In this document: one piece after another, positions 44,001 to 54,208 of the stretch
How positions within the stretch are numbered: the first letter of the stretch is position 1
Layout of the letters: each line of letters begins with the position of its first letter
Sequence record: LR535910.1
Length of the DNA: 64,000 nucleotides
Strand: one strand, 5' to 3'
Position numbers and translations under genes: made by a program
The notes under the pieces: generated by a model
Database searches by the model: none
The model's input: the letters and a program-made list of their open reading frames with translations, nothing else
Told to the model about the DNA's origin: nothing

Positions 44001-46189
44001 AGCACAGTACGGAGCAGATAAACCCGCTCGTTGCAAACGATCAAATCGTTTGTTGATGGATCAACAACCCATGGAGCGGTTGTAATCACACCGGCCGCGT
44101 TACCATTTCGGTAATCGCCCAACTGAACTTTAACAACACGATGATGTTTTGCATGGTCAATGGTGCCGTCAAAGATGACCAGGTAGTACGCACCGTCACT
44201 GCCTAAGCAGATCATTGCATCTGTACCGGTAATCACAATAGCAACCAGATTCACCCCAGGATACGCCGACATTCCAGCGGGTCGATAACGTACGGACGTC
44301 TGCTGCATATTTTCCAGCGTATTGCTTGGCGACACATCAGCATAGGCGTAATAGATAGCCCAGTCACCTGGTGGATTCCCGTTAGAACCGTTACGGAGCG
44401 AGTAAACCTTACCAGACTCGTAACGCGCCAAACCTTTCTGCCAGGTTTGGTTTTTGGTATACCCTTCGTAGTTCCCCTGGACTGGTATAGGCAAGAAGTT
44501 ATTGTTGCCGTACGATGATCCGCCGACAGTCCACGCCGGTAATAACGTACCAATCTTGTCATTCAGTGTGTCAATCTTTTGTTCAAGCAAGAAGCCCTGA
44601 CGCGAAGTGACCATCTTATCCGAGGTAGTGTCGATTGCATCCCACAGTTTAGCCAAACCTGTAACAGACGTGGATGCGTACGGCACGTTATCGAGATCTG
44701 CAATGGTGTGGGTGTGCGTTGTAAGCGCTTTGCCTGATAGCACGGTACGCAATGCGTTAGTAACTGGCTTTTCTAACGGTCCGGTATTGTCCATTTTCTC
44801 AATACCGAAATCTGCCGCGGTTAAGGTCAGATGCATCTGCCCGTTTGCGTCTAACACAAACCCTTTACCATTGACCGTATACGTGTCGTCCACATATCCG
44901 TCGAGTTTGTTCTTCAAGTCAGTAACAGCTTTTTGGGAAATCGCTGTGGACGCTGCAGCGGATGCCGAGAGGTTAGTAATCGCAAACAAACCCTGCACAG
45001 TTGTGGTTGCTGCAGGCAGCTCCGCATTCATGTAAACTTTGTTTGTTTCTTTACCAGAGCCGTAAATCTTCAACGTGTCGCTGGACTTGAAGTAGGCGTT
45101 TGCTGGAAGTATCTTCACCGAGGTCAAGTACATCTTAACCATATCCGGTGTAACGAGATACACGCTGTTATACACAGGTGCAAGCACACCTGCATCATAA
45201 GCGCCCCACTTGTCACCTGCTTTACCCGAGTGAACCCAAAGCGTGTTCAGACCAGCACTGAACTCCGTAGCGATACCCGGTTCGTTGTTATCCTGGTCAG
45301 CTTTTAATACCAGCGGTTTTGTCGAGGTGATAATGAACTTCTCACCTTTCATGCTGATAACGTGACCGGACGTTGTTTGGAATGTAATTGCGTCGTTATT
45401 CAGAACACGCATACGGCCCAGTAAATCACCCAGGGTATTATCCAGAAGCATGTCAACATGTTTCTGTTGGATACCGCTGGTAGACATTAGCGTCACTAAC
45501 TCTGCCAGTGTACGTCCAAACGCTTTAGTCGCATCCACGGCCTTACCGAGCACAGGGAGTGCGCCAATGTCACCGCAGGTGTAACCATGTGCATTTTTAA
45601 TCAGGTGGTGTTGATACATTTCGTCATCAAACACCTGTTTACCGTTCTGATAAATCAAATCGGTAACTTCGGCAAATGCCTCATCTAGTTCGTGGGCGCG
45701 CTCTAAAATACCCAGACGGATATCTTCCAACGCCTTTACGATTTCATCGCGAAGAATCGCTTCTTCGAGATCTTTTGGCGGGTCGATTGGCGAAATAATC
45801 GGCGGATATTTCATCAGCTCAGACCAATCGCAGTTGCGCGGGTCTTTCATATCCGTCTTAACCAGATACTTGCCGATTTCAGAAGCAGGGATGCGATACT
45901 GTCGACCAACCGACAACAACTCGTATTCTACCTCTGTGGCGTTCAGCAGCATTATGCTGCCGTATATTGCATCGTTCTCAGCCTCGGCTAATTCCTGGAA
46001 GTAATGTCCTAAGAAATAATCAAGACCTTCTATTAACTTACGTTTGGTTCCGGTTGTTTTATCGGTAACTGTTAACGTTAACCCGATGCGATAGAACGGT
46101 GCTTCGACGGGAATGACCGTCGAATAACGGTTCGGGTAAGTAGCGGTACTGAGGGTACCGTTAAACTGCGCCGCATCTTCTCTCGGCAT
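41006..46189 (-). CDS. Giant tail fibre protein, about 1727 aa (start reassigned)
   Basis: AGGAG RBS before 46189; APFY...G.DY N-terminus; ATTTVQGL and ASTSVTGLAKL fibre repeats; NPH-like motifs; beta-rich distal domains. Confidence 0.75.
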   Translation of the reverse strand: MPREDAAQFNGTLSTATYPNRYSTVIPVEAPFYRIGLTLTVTDKTTGTKRKLIEGLDYFLGHYFQELAEAENDAIYGSIMLLNATEVEYELLSVGRQYRIPASEIGKYLVKTDMKDPRNCDWSELMKYPPIISPIDPPKDLEEAILRDEIVKALEDIRLGILERAHELDEAFAEVTDLIYQNGKQVFDDEMYQHHLIKNAHGYTCGDIGALPVLGKAVDATKAFGRTLAELVTLMSTSGIQQKHVDMLLDNTLGDLLGRMRVLNNDAITFQTTSGHVISMKGEKFIITSTKPLVLKADQDNNEPGIATEFSAGLNTLWVHSGKAGDKWGAYDAGVLAPVYNSVYLVTPDMVKMYLTSVKILPANAYFKSSDTLKIYGSGKETNKVYMNAELPAATTTVQGLFAITNLSASAAASTAISQKAVTDLKNKLDGYVDDTYTVNGKGFVLDANGQMHLTLTAADFGIEKMDNTGPLEKPVTNALRTVLSGKALTTHTHTIADLDNVPYASTSVTGLAKLWDAIDTTSDKMVTSRQGFLLEQKIDTLNDKIGTLLPAWTVGGSSYGNNNFLPIPVQGNYEGYTKNQTWQKGLARYESGKVYSLRNGSNGNPPGDWAIYYAYADVSPSNTLENMQQTSVRYRPAGMSAYPGVNLVAIVITGTDAMICLGSDGAYYLVIFDGTIDHAKHHRVVKVQLGDYRNGNAAGVITTAPWVVDPSTNDLIVCNERVYLLRTVLTSGDYFVSMRSIALDELNLGGSNTFVADVLTGGMLTSGDNIYLRQGQKRSDTDVLVAPVTQIYADASAKWNSARNFVHGPECNHAIGVDGLNFRVGLTPTVWFASTTGQTINFKQWVSSFVVDCSSMTITLEGADRFPIVADLTTVRYNGGAEIGIPSRKWGEGQANNRTFATSQDKYIVSQGHAGDRDLMPYVTITTLDDGVSWYEYLSCDYNFTARSFSAVMLNQGRGSIYELGMAYPLTLGANSRLIWLSQPRTRLAIEVEFDPNTTYSGKAGYGPTNNRRVVDSTTYENLSQMCHIVTPASPGTELNGWYCTGPETFPYHNVSGTFTIHADRLTLSQAEWDKMKQMIIDGAPAGAANGYASEFILAANNAGKALFSIWFIGIGTATPLTLAQVACMRTVNNVNVLDIYYFTLKPTISNGQVTFPAAILALFDFYNNLDYGLNYATLGEITGGKTRRPGQPTLVSVDGTQFGLYLPHTLTLRQIGDLGALNYGVGLTLSNGTWTRSSAPHGIGRMAPSHTPVSPAYLAHRDQVMLHNSSLDYVYCGGIAMSSSDFVAAPNFSGPTESVVIAGVETAEGWLVYVTEEVDLRFGSSTYKLPTWYIDLSAAFPTNHQNRTFYLHAKVENGTPKYVMDVIQHPDTETELYIGYVKTGSSRVVETNVEHAKRLGAVKQLLEHAAVENKHDVEVGRDAATGRLAPLRKEAMGPLSIDATKGYLDSQLLYTVSDAQRRGKAMVSKRFEGLKTLPAFTQANKSGAFWKHPTTIATVTADENGEAASLGMEWVGIPTPAFSPTSTNLMVVVQSKFVVPGTPGVETTFNVHVAPWEAVDGFFYNVEAEGTDVNIDENPEVLLPSPHTVHHKQHSLPAGVPCTFTFVAAVSSSALETANQHICSWLFTDAGGLPITTDLSDSKIQILPQPGETNGTPVVLNSRSYTFTNVTGAIPVVTTGAQGLFPPPIVAWDGDDLTLTIAHDWVNERGRQQPDIIQVNLMFRT

Positions 46190-46221
46190 TGCAAACACTC
46201 CTAATCTGTAATAAAACGGAG

Positions 46222-46275
46222 ACCGCCCTCCCAATAACGGAAGGGCGGTTTACCTACGGACTACCCGCCCGTAGG
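46222..46275 (-). terminator. Tandem hairpins between two fibre genes (terminator or processing site)
   Basis: ACCGCCCT...AGGGCGGT and CCTACGG...CCGTAGG stems; TTTTATT follows on the minus strand. Confidence 0.5.
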
Positions 46276-46284
46276 CAGTCCGTC

Positions 46285-49200
46285 CTAAGAGGCCCACTCA
46301 CCCGAGTTGTTGCCTTCGTTTCTACGTTCAGTATCCAACGTTTGTAAAATCCAATCCCATGTCCTGGTGGGGATGTGGAATGGATTACGCTTCTCAATGA
46401 GAATCGTCTCGCCACCCGTGCGAAGTTCCACCGGTGTCGTTTCAGTAATCACGAACATCGGATTACCACTACTACCCACACCATTAATAGTGAACTTCGC
46501 TTGCAGCGGCGGCACAGAACCTTCCGGAGGCACGAACACGATGTGAATTGGCTGCATCGGTTTCGTGCGGGCAAGAATCCCAGATATCTGAACAGCTGTT
46601 GTCGATGCACTGAAAGGTATAACATTACCCGGAATTTTCTCACTACCCACGATGATATATCCAGGGTAGTTAGAGAGCATTGTCCCATTTACCGACACAA
46701 AACGCTCATTTTGAGTTGGGCGATAAGCCCGCATAAAGCCGTACTTCCATTCACCACCGTTAGACGTATAGTCTGCAGGAGCCGACTCAAGTAGCGGAGC
46801 ACCACGTTTCTGCAGCCCTTTGTAAAACGGCGCGGGGAGTTTACCGTTCGGTGCAAGTTCCGGATAACCCTCACTTGCAGCAGACATCGTGATGTATTCC
46901 GTAACCGGGTTATCGACGTTATCTCCAAAGTTCGCGAACTCGACGGTTGATATCGACATCTCCTCATGCCCAGAAGACTGGCTGTCCGGAGAACGCTCAA
47001 TATACGACTCAAATAGCGAGCGTAGATAATGGAAACGATTTAAATCTACTTCTGTTGTGGAAGGGTCCATCAAACCGTGGTTGATTGTGACGCCTTCACC
47101 AGTTTCGATGCCAGTAACACCAATCGATAAAGCGCCGCCTTTAAAATAATCAATCGCGTCAAACGGAAGGTCGTATTCTATCTCACGAATAGTTGCCGAA
47201 GCCTGGCCGCCTATCTTACTAATCGACGATATTCGCAGTATCTGCGTATCAACAATATAGCGATAACGAATAAGCCAGCGCGAACCAATGGCTGCGAACT
47301 CGCTAGCGATTGAAACCGGGAGATAGTCTAAACAGTCGGGCGACTGAACATCCACGCTCTTGATTACACGAGGAGCATCAACCAGCGTATTAGTAACGCT
47401 GGATTGTGTGGTGGCAATTCTTCCGGTTGGTTTATCGTACGGCGCAGCAATAAAGCCGCAGTTTAAACTGGTGTGGGAGTTACTCCACCGCAGGACTCTG
47501 GTTTTACCTTTCCCATCAGCAGAAGGGGCCATGAAGTTTAATGAAACTTCGACGTCCGAGGTTTTTGGGACTTCAGGATAATCAGTGTCGATTACCACCG
47601 AACCCTCGAATGTCGCCATTCCATTTTCTTTCGGGTTGCTTGGTGTAAACCAGCAATACGGGGACGCGTTTTCAGTGGAAACAACCGCCGCAAGAAGAAT
47701 CCTGAGCGAGGTGGCACTTACGAATTTATAATCAAATAACCCACGATCTAAACGAACGAGGTTATCCCCAGAAACAGACGGGTTAGTTGGATACGCATAC
47801 AGCCATTGTTTAGGTAATGGATCAACCTTATTCAACGGCAGCATTTTCGGGTTATCCGTCAACGACCAGTCGGTGTTACTCACCCCGTGTGCTAGACGTG
47901 TTTCGAAGTGCCGTTTAAGTTCGGACGCCATGCCGAAGTCAAACGTCGTTTCAAACTCGTAAGTCGTGCCTGCAACCAATCCCGCGTCAGGGACATCGAT
48001 GTGGCCGATATAGCCGCGTTCCAAGTTAATACCTTCCGTGTCCACAATAGGTTCGGCGCGCGAATATAACGCATCGGTTATCATGTTCACATAGAGGTAA
48101 TGCCTTAAACCGTTCGGCGTCTTAACAAACTCCTGCAGGCGGGCAACTTTGGTGTTTTTATCCGAGGCCCCAACCGCAAAGTCACCGTCGTAAATTGTGA
48201 AACGAATTGCGGCTGCTTTAGCGCTATCGTTACATTCTGCACGGAATGCTAAGCAGTGTTGCTTCCACCCCTCCTTGACAGTCGCCTCCAGATACCCCGC
48301 TTCTGTAATACCCGCACCGATTATTTCGCCGTCCAGATAAACAGAAACAGCACCACCGCCACGAACCCAAATCCGCAGCTTACCAGAGTCGCAACGAACC
48401 CACGTTTTCGCCAAGAGGTTAACGACCGACAAATCACCCATTCCAGTTGTCGTTAAACCAATCTGCGCACCGTAGTCCGTTTCCGGGACAGCAACCTCAA
48501 ACCCACTAAAATCAATACCGGCACCGGTATTAATTACCGCGTTCTGCCACGTTCTTTCCATACGGTTATCTGGAGAGAACCACTGGAACATCGGTGTGGT
48601 TTGCAGGTCTATCGAACCAGATACCGTCCCCTCTTTACGTGCACCATTTAACAGATAGAAATAATTCAAATCCGTTACGGCGAGGGTGGTACGTGTAGAT
48701 CCCACAGTCCAAGTCTTACCACGCACAGCGGCAAAATCGGTCACGGAATCCTCTTTCGCGTTTGCTAGCGCAGCTGCAACTACGTCTAAACGTTTTGACA
48801 GATCGTTCAGAACGTTCGGGGTAACGCCGCGATTATCCGACAAGCCGTTTAGGTTGGTAGAATATCGAGCGATACCGGGAACTGTTTGAGAAGCCGTTGG
48901 GATCTGTAAATCGGCGAAGTTGTGATGGTGACCTTTATCACTAAGACCGGTAACTGCTTCTGCCAACGCATCAGAAAGTGGTTTATCGACGTCAGCTGTG
49001 TTATCAGCCAAGTCCAGACCCAAATCCTTTTTCGTTAGCGTTCGGCTACCAGTGTCCATCGGCTGGTTATTCAGCAGCGTTGTCTTCCGGACGTACGAAG
49101 ACAGATCACCCTCGTACGGTAAGAGCGAAGCTGGGGTGACTGCTTGTCCCTTGACTACATCGCTCGGCTTATCAGTCAGCGTCACAACGCCGGGTTCAGA

Positions 49201-50415
49201 GGTCGTCGCGGGTTTGGCTGTGACCTTCCCGGTGACGGGATCGGCTTTTGACCCTTTACCCGTGAAAGTAATGCCGTTCACCCCGCTAATGTACAGTTTG
49301 TTGTCATCCGGGTCAACGGTACCACCGCCGGTACCAGGGTCTTGTTGATAGCCCATGAGAGCAGTTGTGGTCAGTAACGTCGTACCATTAAGCGTCAGCT
49401 TATCCATCCCCAAGGCACTGCCAGTCGACTCAATACGTAATGTATTGATGCCTGCTTTCCACTCCATAAACCGGGTGGTTCCAGTAGTGTCGGCATACCC
49501 ACACGCCAACACAACAGAGCCATTAGATTTAAGAGTGAATGCCTCAGCAGAGAACACAATTTCGGATTCACCAGCAGGAGAACGGAACAGGGCACGAGTA
49601 CCGGATATCGTCGCATTAAACACCCCTTTGGATTCCTTCGATACCCATTTAGAAATGTACTTGTCGATATCCGATTGTTGCAGACCCAGTGCACGGACCT
49701 CGCTGGTTAACTGACGCAACGTCTTTCCATACGCCAGGAAAGTATCTGGCGTTTTTAGGTTGACAGGATGCGCACCGGCCTGCGCCGCGGTAGTCCCATG
49801 AGGGTTAGTCGACGCAATGTGTCCGGGGTAGTTAAATGTGGCGATTTCAGTTCCTAAGCCCAAAACCGCATCTTTCAGCTCAGTAAGCTTTTCACGAATC
49901 TGCTCGTTGGCCGCCCCGGCATCTAACTCCACATCATGCACTGCAGAGGCAACATACTTTTTATTCAGCATGTCTGACCAAGCTACCGCTGCAGGGGTGG
50001 CTGGGTAAAGGGAAGGTCGATTACCTAAAAGCAGCCAATCTGCAGCCGTTGGGTTGTTGAGAGCCTTAATTAGCTCATCCAACATCTCAATCAAACCACT
50101 GTAAAACGTACCCCCGAGCATCTGGCCTTCAAAGACCACCGCACCACGCAGTTTAGGGTTAATAAGATGCACCCCGCAAAACACCGGGGTCGTCACCGAG
50201 TCGTCCAACGGTGTTAAAGCATACTCCAGCTCATAGTCCGTCCCGCGGGTAAGCGGTATGGACGAGCCGGCGAGCCTTACCACCAATCCTTCGAAAAACG
50301 GGCGATGATCTAGCATCACCACCCGATCGTTAGGATTGTCGGAGTCGATGATACGTTCCTCGATGAAGTGACACTCAGGATTTACACCCCGAGGATCGTA
50401 AGGATACGTTTTCAT
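46285..50415 (-). CDS. Giant tail fibre protein, 1376 aa
   Basis: YPYDPRG N-terminus, PFF...GTDY, HIASTNPHGTT, ATTSEPGVVTL, LGLDLADNTADVDKPLS fibre repeats. Confidence 0.75.
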   Translation of the reverse strand: MKTYPYDPRGVNPECHFIEERIIDSDNPNDRVVMLDHRPFFEGLVVRLAGSSIPLTRGTDYELEYALTPLDDSVTTPVFCGVHLINPKLRGAVVFEGQMLGGTFYSGLIEMLDELIKALNNPTAADWLLLGNRPSLYPATPAAVAWSDMLNKKYVASAVHDVELDAGAANEQIREKLTELKDAVLGLGTEIATFNYPGHIASTNPHGTTAAQAGAHPVNLKTPDTFLAYGKTLRQLTSEVRALGLQQSDIDKYISKWVSKESKGVFNATISGTRALFRSPAGESEIVFSAEAFTLKSNGSVVLACGYADTTGTTRFMEWKAGINTLRIESTGSALGMDKLTLNGTTLLTTTALMGYQQDPGTGGGTVDPDDNKLYISGVNGITFTGKGSKADPVTGKVTAKPATTSEPGVVTLTDKPSDVVKGQAVTPASLLPYEGDLSSYVRKTTLLNNQPMDTGSRTLTKKDLGLDLADNTADVDKPLSDALAEAVTGLSDKGHHHNFADLQIPTASQTVPGIARYSTNLNGLSDNRGVTPNVLNDLSKRLDVVAAALANAKEDSVTDFAAVRGKTWTVGSTRTTLAVTDLNYFYLLNGARKEGTVSGSIDLQTTPMFQWFSPDNRMERTWQNAVINTGAGIDFSGFEVAVPETDYGAQIGLTTTGMGDLSVVNLLAKTWVRCDSGKLRIWVRGGGAVSVYLDGEIIGAGITEAGYLEATVKEGWKQHCLAFRAECNDSAKAAAIRFTIYDGDFAVGASDKNTKVARLQEFVKTPNGLRHYLYVNMITDALYSRAEPIVDTEGINLERGYIGHIDVPDAGLVAGTTYEFETTFDFGMASELKRHFETRLAHGVSNTDWSLTDNPKMLPLNKVDPLPKQWLYAYPTNPSVSGDNLVRLDRGLFDYKFVSATSLRILLAAVVSTENASPYCWFTPSNPKENGMATFEGSVVIDTDYPEVPKTSDVEVSLNFMAPSADGKGKTRVLRWSNSHTSLNCGFIAAPYDKPTGRIATTQSSVTNTLVDAPRVIKSVDVQSPDCLDYLPVSIASEFAAIGSRWLIRYRYIVDTQILRISSISKIGGQASATIREIEYDLPFDAIDYFKGGALSIGVTGIETGEGVTINHGLMDPSTTEVDLNRFHYLRSLFESYIERSPDSQSSGHEEMSISTVEFANFGDNVDNPVTEYITMSAASEGYPELAPNGKLPAPFYKGLQKRGAPLLESAPADYTSNGGEWKYGFMRAYRPTQNERFVSVNGTMLSNYPGYIIVGSEKIPGNVIPFSASTTAVQISGILARTKPMQPIHIVFVPPEGSVPPLQAKFTINGVGSSGNPMFVITETTPVELRTGGETILIEKRNPFHIPTRTWDWILQTLDTERRNEGNNSGEWAS

Positions 50416-50427
50416 TCAAAAATCTCC

Positions 50428-53400
50428 TTAATCACGAATAATAAGTGTTCGACCTGACGTGTTTTTCGGATTGAACGTCATCATCTTGGATGGGTGCGCC
50501 GCCGGTGGAATTTTACCTGTATCCACTGGGCGGAACGAACTGTATGAATAGTTGCACATCGCGCTGTTCATCTCATTAATCGTTGAACCTGCATCCACCA
50601 CGCCAGTAAAGAATCTTGCGCGGTTTAAGCCGGAATAGTTAATCGCATAGTCAAGGAACGTGGCGTAATAACGATTCTTTGTCGGCATCGTGTTCAGGTT
50701 AGCGTAAGTCAAACGCACTTCTGTGTCGGAACTAAACAAACCACCCACGCCGTGATAAATCGGCGTACTCGGATCGGTAATCAGTTTCGTCAAGTCGATA
50801 TAGTCAGGACGGAGACGGGTAGACAAATCCTCAGTCCACGACTCGCCGGTCGACTGCAAGGTGTATTTCAGCGTCTTTGTTGTCGCGGTTAGCGTCAGCT
50901 CAAAGTTGATCGTTTTAGAATCGATGTTAATCGTTCCCACGAACGAAATACCGTCCGCTGTTCGCGCGTGGCTGAAACGCACCGATGGATTAAGTGCCGT
51001 CCAGTCATGGCCGGAACCAGTAACGCCGTTCAAGCCAATAACAACCTGTGCAGCACGTCCGTAGTTAACCGCGATTCCCGCATACGTGCTCACGCCGCCT
51101 GGAGTGGTAATACGCCCTGCGGTGCGTGCGACGAGTACAGAAATACGGTGCATGAACGTGGCCGAGTGATGGCAACACCCAATTACCGTTTCTAGCACAC
51201 TGTCCGCTGTTGCGGTTAAAGGTGTCCACGTTGCGGTAATGCCGTTATTCTGGAACATCGGGAATGTGTTGTGGACAAAACGATAATCGGTTACAGATAA
51301 ACTGGTTGTTTTAAACGTCCATTTATCAGCAGCCGGATCGTAGTCCGCTTTCAACATAGGCGTATAGCTGCTAGCCTGCGCGTAACGCCAATCGGCATCT
51401 ATACGTTTTGTACCCGGTGCACCCGTGGACCACACAGGCCCGCCTGTACCGTAAGTAAATCCGAATTCAGCTTGCGTCATGCCCCGTCGAATATGGGCGT
51501 TATCATCCTCGATATGCTCGCCTAATTCACGAAACTCACCTAAACGCGTCACGTTGCGGATTTCTACAAAAACCACACCGGTTTCACTGGTGATGATGGA
51601 ACCTATTTTGGTCATCGTCTCAGTTTCTGCCGTGTTTGGATTTTCGTAGATAATGTACTTGCCAGCATCGCCCGCCGCGTCAACATACACGCCAAACTCA
51701 GCATCTTCGTGCGTCGCTGGGAATAGCTCCGCCAGGTTAAATGTGGAGAGAGGTACTTTGTACTCGCGACCAACGAAATAATCGTTCGCTTTAATAGTAA
51801 CCATCCAGTCGGTGTAAGTGATGCCGTTTTCAATGATATCTGTGCCGGGTAAACCGTAACGAATAATGTTGATTGAAGCACCAGAGTCGACTGTCTTCGC
51901 GACCTTCTCTATCTCTGTGATGGCGTCCGCCTGTCGGATGACCTCACCACCGTCTAATGCCAGAGTGGCATCGTCAACCGCGGTGCCGAACTGTACTAAA
52001 CCGAACTCCGTCGTTGTTGCACGCTTAATCCCGAACGCAGCAGAAGTGTGTGTGTGACCGACGACTGCATACTTGTCCAGCTCAGCTTGTTGGAGCGGGG
52101 AAATCGGCAATTGTACATCTGGGACGTTCTGTACGTTCGATAAGCCAAAGTTAGTTTTATCGATGTAAATAGAACTCGTCAGTGGCATGTCGTTGATGTA
52201 CGATTTAACGGCAACCAACTTGCCCGTAAACTGCTGATCCAATTTCTTGATGAGTGCCGGCGTTGCGGCCAAGTCCTCACGATCGCCGAATTCAGTAGCC
52301 AACAAACGGACAGCCATCAGGCCAAGGTCATCGGACTCCGGTGGAACAAAGGTACAAATAAACGGAACAGACTGAATACCGTTACCGTTAATGGTTACAG
52401 TAGCTGTGGAAGTTCCGTAAAACAGTCCATCGCCACCTGACTCGTTACCCGGCAAATACGGCCCGACCGTAGTAGGGTCCAACAGTTTCTTACCGTTGAA
52501 CTCCAATCCACGGGAATCCGGATAAAGGATGAGCTGGTTAGCCCCACTTTGCCATGTAATCGGGTTGTTCCCGGCGTTAACGGTTTGCGAATCGCGTCCA
52601 ATAAAACGGATAACCCTCGGGTCAACCGTGAATTGTGCACCCACGCCTTCAGACTCATCGGTACCCACTGCCGACGTTATCGAAGTCAGGCCAGGCTTCA
52701 TACCGAACGTGCCGTTGATAGACTGTGCAGCCGCCGGTAAACGTAAAAGCTTATTCGCCAGCGTTGACAGTTTCGGCAACAGATTGTTAACGTAATCTGT
52801 CAGCTGCGGTTGCGTTTTTCCGTATACCAGTGTCGCGTCCGAAGCAATACCGTTATTCTCCAAAGCACGGATTGCGCCCCACGAATCGCGATGTGGGTTA
52901 TCCTTGCGCGGCACGTGCGCATGTGCCGGTGCATCACGGTACAGTTTATCGACAATCTGGTGATATTTTACCAGCAGCTGGTACACGTCATTGTTAACGT
53001 CAGGTGCCGGTGCGCCTGGTAATGAACGAATCTGGACGTAATCGTTCTCACCTGCCCACCAGTTTAGGTTGACGCCCGATTTAAACTTCAACCATTTTGC
53101 GACATCAGTTTTCTGATACCCTGGCGCAAATTCGCTCGGTGGGTTGTCAACGTTAAAGCTGTAGTTAACGGTTTGCTTGCTTGTTTTAACGGTGATGTCG
53201 TAAACGCCGTTACCTTCGCGTCTGACCACGCTAAACTCAACCTCACCCGCCAACTCGGTATCGGTCAGGCCAGTCGTCAACGTATAGCTGTAATTGGACG
53301 AACCGGAACCAATCGCTGTCGTTAAAGTAAGATAAATCGCGCGTTGCTTCAACTGAAGACGCAGGATACTCGCCCCACCGTTTGCGTAACAGAGCATCCA

Positions 53401-54141
53401 ATCGATCAACTCGCCTGGGTTCAACGTTGTTTCCGGTGGAATGCTCGGTAAACGGTATTTTACCGCTAACGAATACGCATCGAATGTCGTATTCTGGTAA
53501 GATAACGAATAACGACGACGTGACGCGTTATACGTGTAGCCGCCAGTACCGTCGTACGTCGCATACTGCTCGGATGTGATAAGCGTGACACCGGCGCGAT
53601 ATTGAAGGTCTAACGTGTTACGAGCAATCGGGTCAACGCGACTGATCGCTTCACCGAGCTTAGCACCAACCGCAACAATGGCTTCCATCAACTCGGATTC
53701 GCCACGCCAGTTTTCCCAGTCGAACTTAATATCGACCGGTGGGAAATATAAATCCCCAATGACGTTATCCCATTGGCAGTCAACGGGATAGCGATCTTTA
53801 TTCGCTTCTCGTTCTGCGGCGATCATTTCTGCAGTGGCTTCACCGATGCCAATTGCGTGGTAATCGAGTGTAAAGCCACTCTGATATTTCGGGTTGGTAA
53901 TCCACACGCCGCCGTGACAAACATGACCAGTGCGGGCCATGCCCGTAACGTACGCATGGGTGATGACGTAATCATCACCTAATGTTAATTTCTTGCCGCC
54001 ACTCTTGACCACCAGGGATGTGGTATAAAAGGGGGCGTGTGCGGGGAACAGCATCCGGTACTTAGTACCGATCGGCGTTACCGCTTCACCGGTCTGCATA
54101 TTCCCCGGTTCTTGATAGTGCGGGTCAGGGACGACAGCCAT
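50428..54141 (-). CDS. Giant tail fibre protein, 1237 aa
   Basis: APFY...GDDY, HVPRKDNPH, FGLSNVQNVPDVQLPIS, ATTTEFGLVQF fibre repeats; AAGGAG RBS. Confidence 0.75.
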   Translation of the reverse strand: MAVVPDPHYQEPGNMQTGEAVTPIGTKYRMLFPAHAPFYTTSLVVKSGGKKLTLGDDYVITHAYVTGMARTGHVCHGGVWITNPKYQSGFTLDYHAIGIGEATAEMIAAEREANKDRYPVDCQWDNVIGDLYFPPVDIKFDWENWRGESELMEAIVAVGAKLGEAISRVDPIARNTLDLQYRAGVTLITSEQYATYDGTGGYTYNASRRRYSLSYQNTTFDAYSLAVKYRLPSIPPETTLNPGELIDWMLCYANGGASILRLQLKQRAIYLTLTTAIGSGSSNYSYTLTTGLTDTELAGEVEFSVVRREGNGVYDITVKTSKQTVNYSFNVDNPPSEFAPGYQKTDVAKWLKFKSGVNLNWWAGENDYVQIRSLPGAPAPDVNNDVYQLLVKYHQIVDKLYRDAPAHAHVPRKDNPHRDSWGAIRALENNGIASDATLVYGKTQPQLTDYVNNLLPKLSTLANKLLRLPAAAQSINGTFGMKPGLTSITSAVGTDESEGVGAQFTVDPRVIRFIGRDSQTVNAGNNPITWQSGANQLILYPDSRGLEFNGKKLLDPTTVGPYLPGNESGGDGLFYGTSTATVTINGNGIQSVPFICTFVPPESDDLGLMAVRLLATEFGDREDLAATPALIKKLDQQFTGKLVAVKSYINDMPLTSSIYIDKTNFGLSNVQNVPDVQLPISPLQQAELDKYAVVGHTHTSAAFGIKRATTTEFGLVQFGTAVDDATLALDGGEVIRQADAITEIEKVAKTVDSGASINIIRYGLPGTDIIENGITYTDWMVTIKANDYFVGREYKVPLSTFNLAELFPATHEDAEFGVYVDAAGDAGKYIIYENPNTAETETMTKIGSIITSETGVVFVEIRNVTRLGEFRELGEHIEDDNAHIRRGMTQAEFGFTYGTGGPVWSTGAPGTKRIDADWRYAQASSYTPMLKADYDPAADKWTFKTTSLSVTDYRFVHNTFPMFQNNGITATWTPLTATADSVLETVIGCCHHSATFMHRISVLVARTAGRITTPGGVSTYAGIAVNYGRAAQVVIGLNGVTGSGHDWTALNPSVRFSHARTADGISFVGTINIDSKTINFELTLTATTKTLKYTLQSTGESWTEDLSTRLRPDYIDLTKLITDPSTPIYHGVGGLFSSDTEVRLTYANLNTMPTKNRYYATFLDYAINYSGLNRARFFTGVVDAGSTINEMNSAMCNYSYSSFRPVDTGKIPPAAHPSKMMTFNPKNTSGRTLIIRD

Positions 54142-54208
54142 TTTACACTCCTTTTCTCTGAGGGCGTCGAGTTCATACTATGACCCGAATCCTTAGAGGA
54201 AACAGCCA

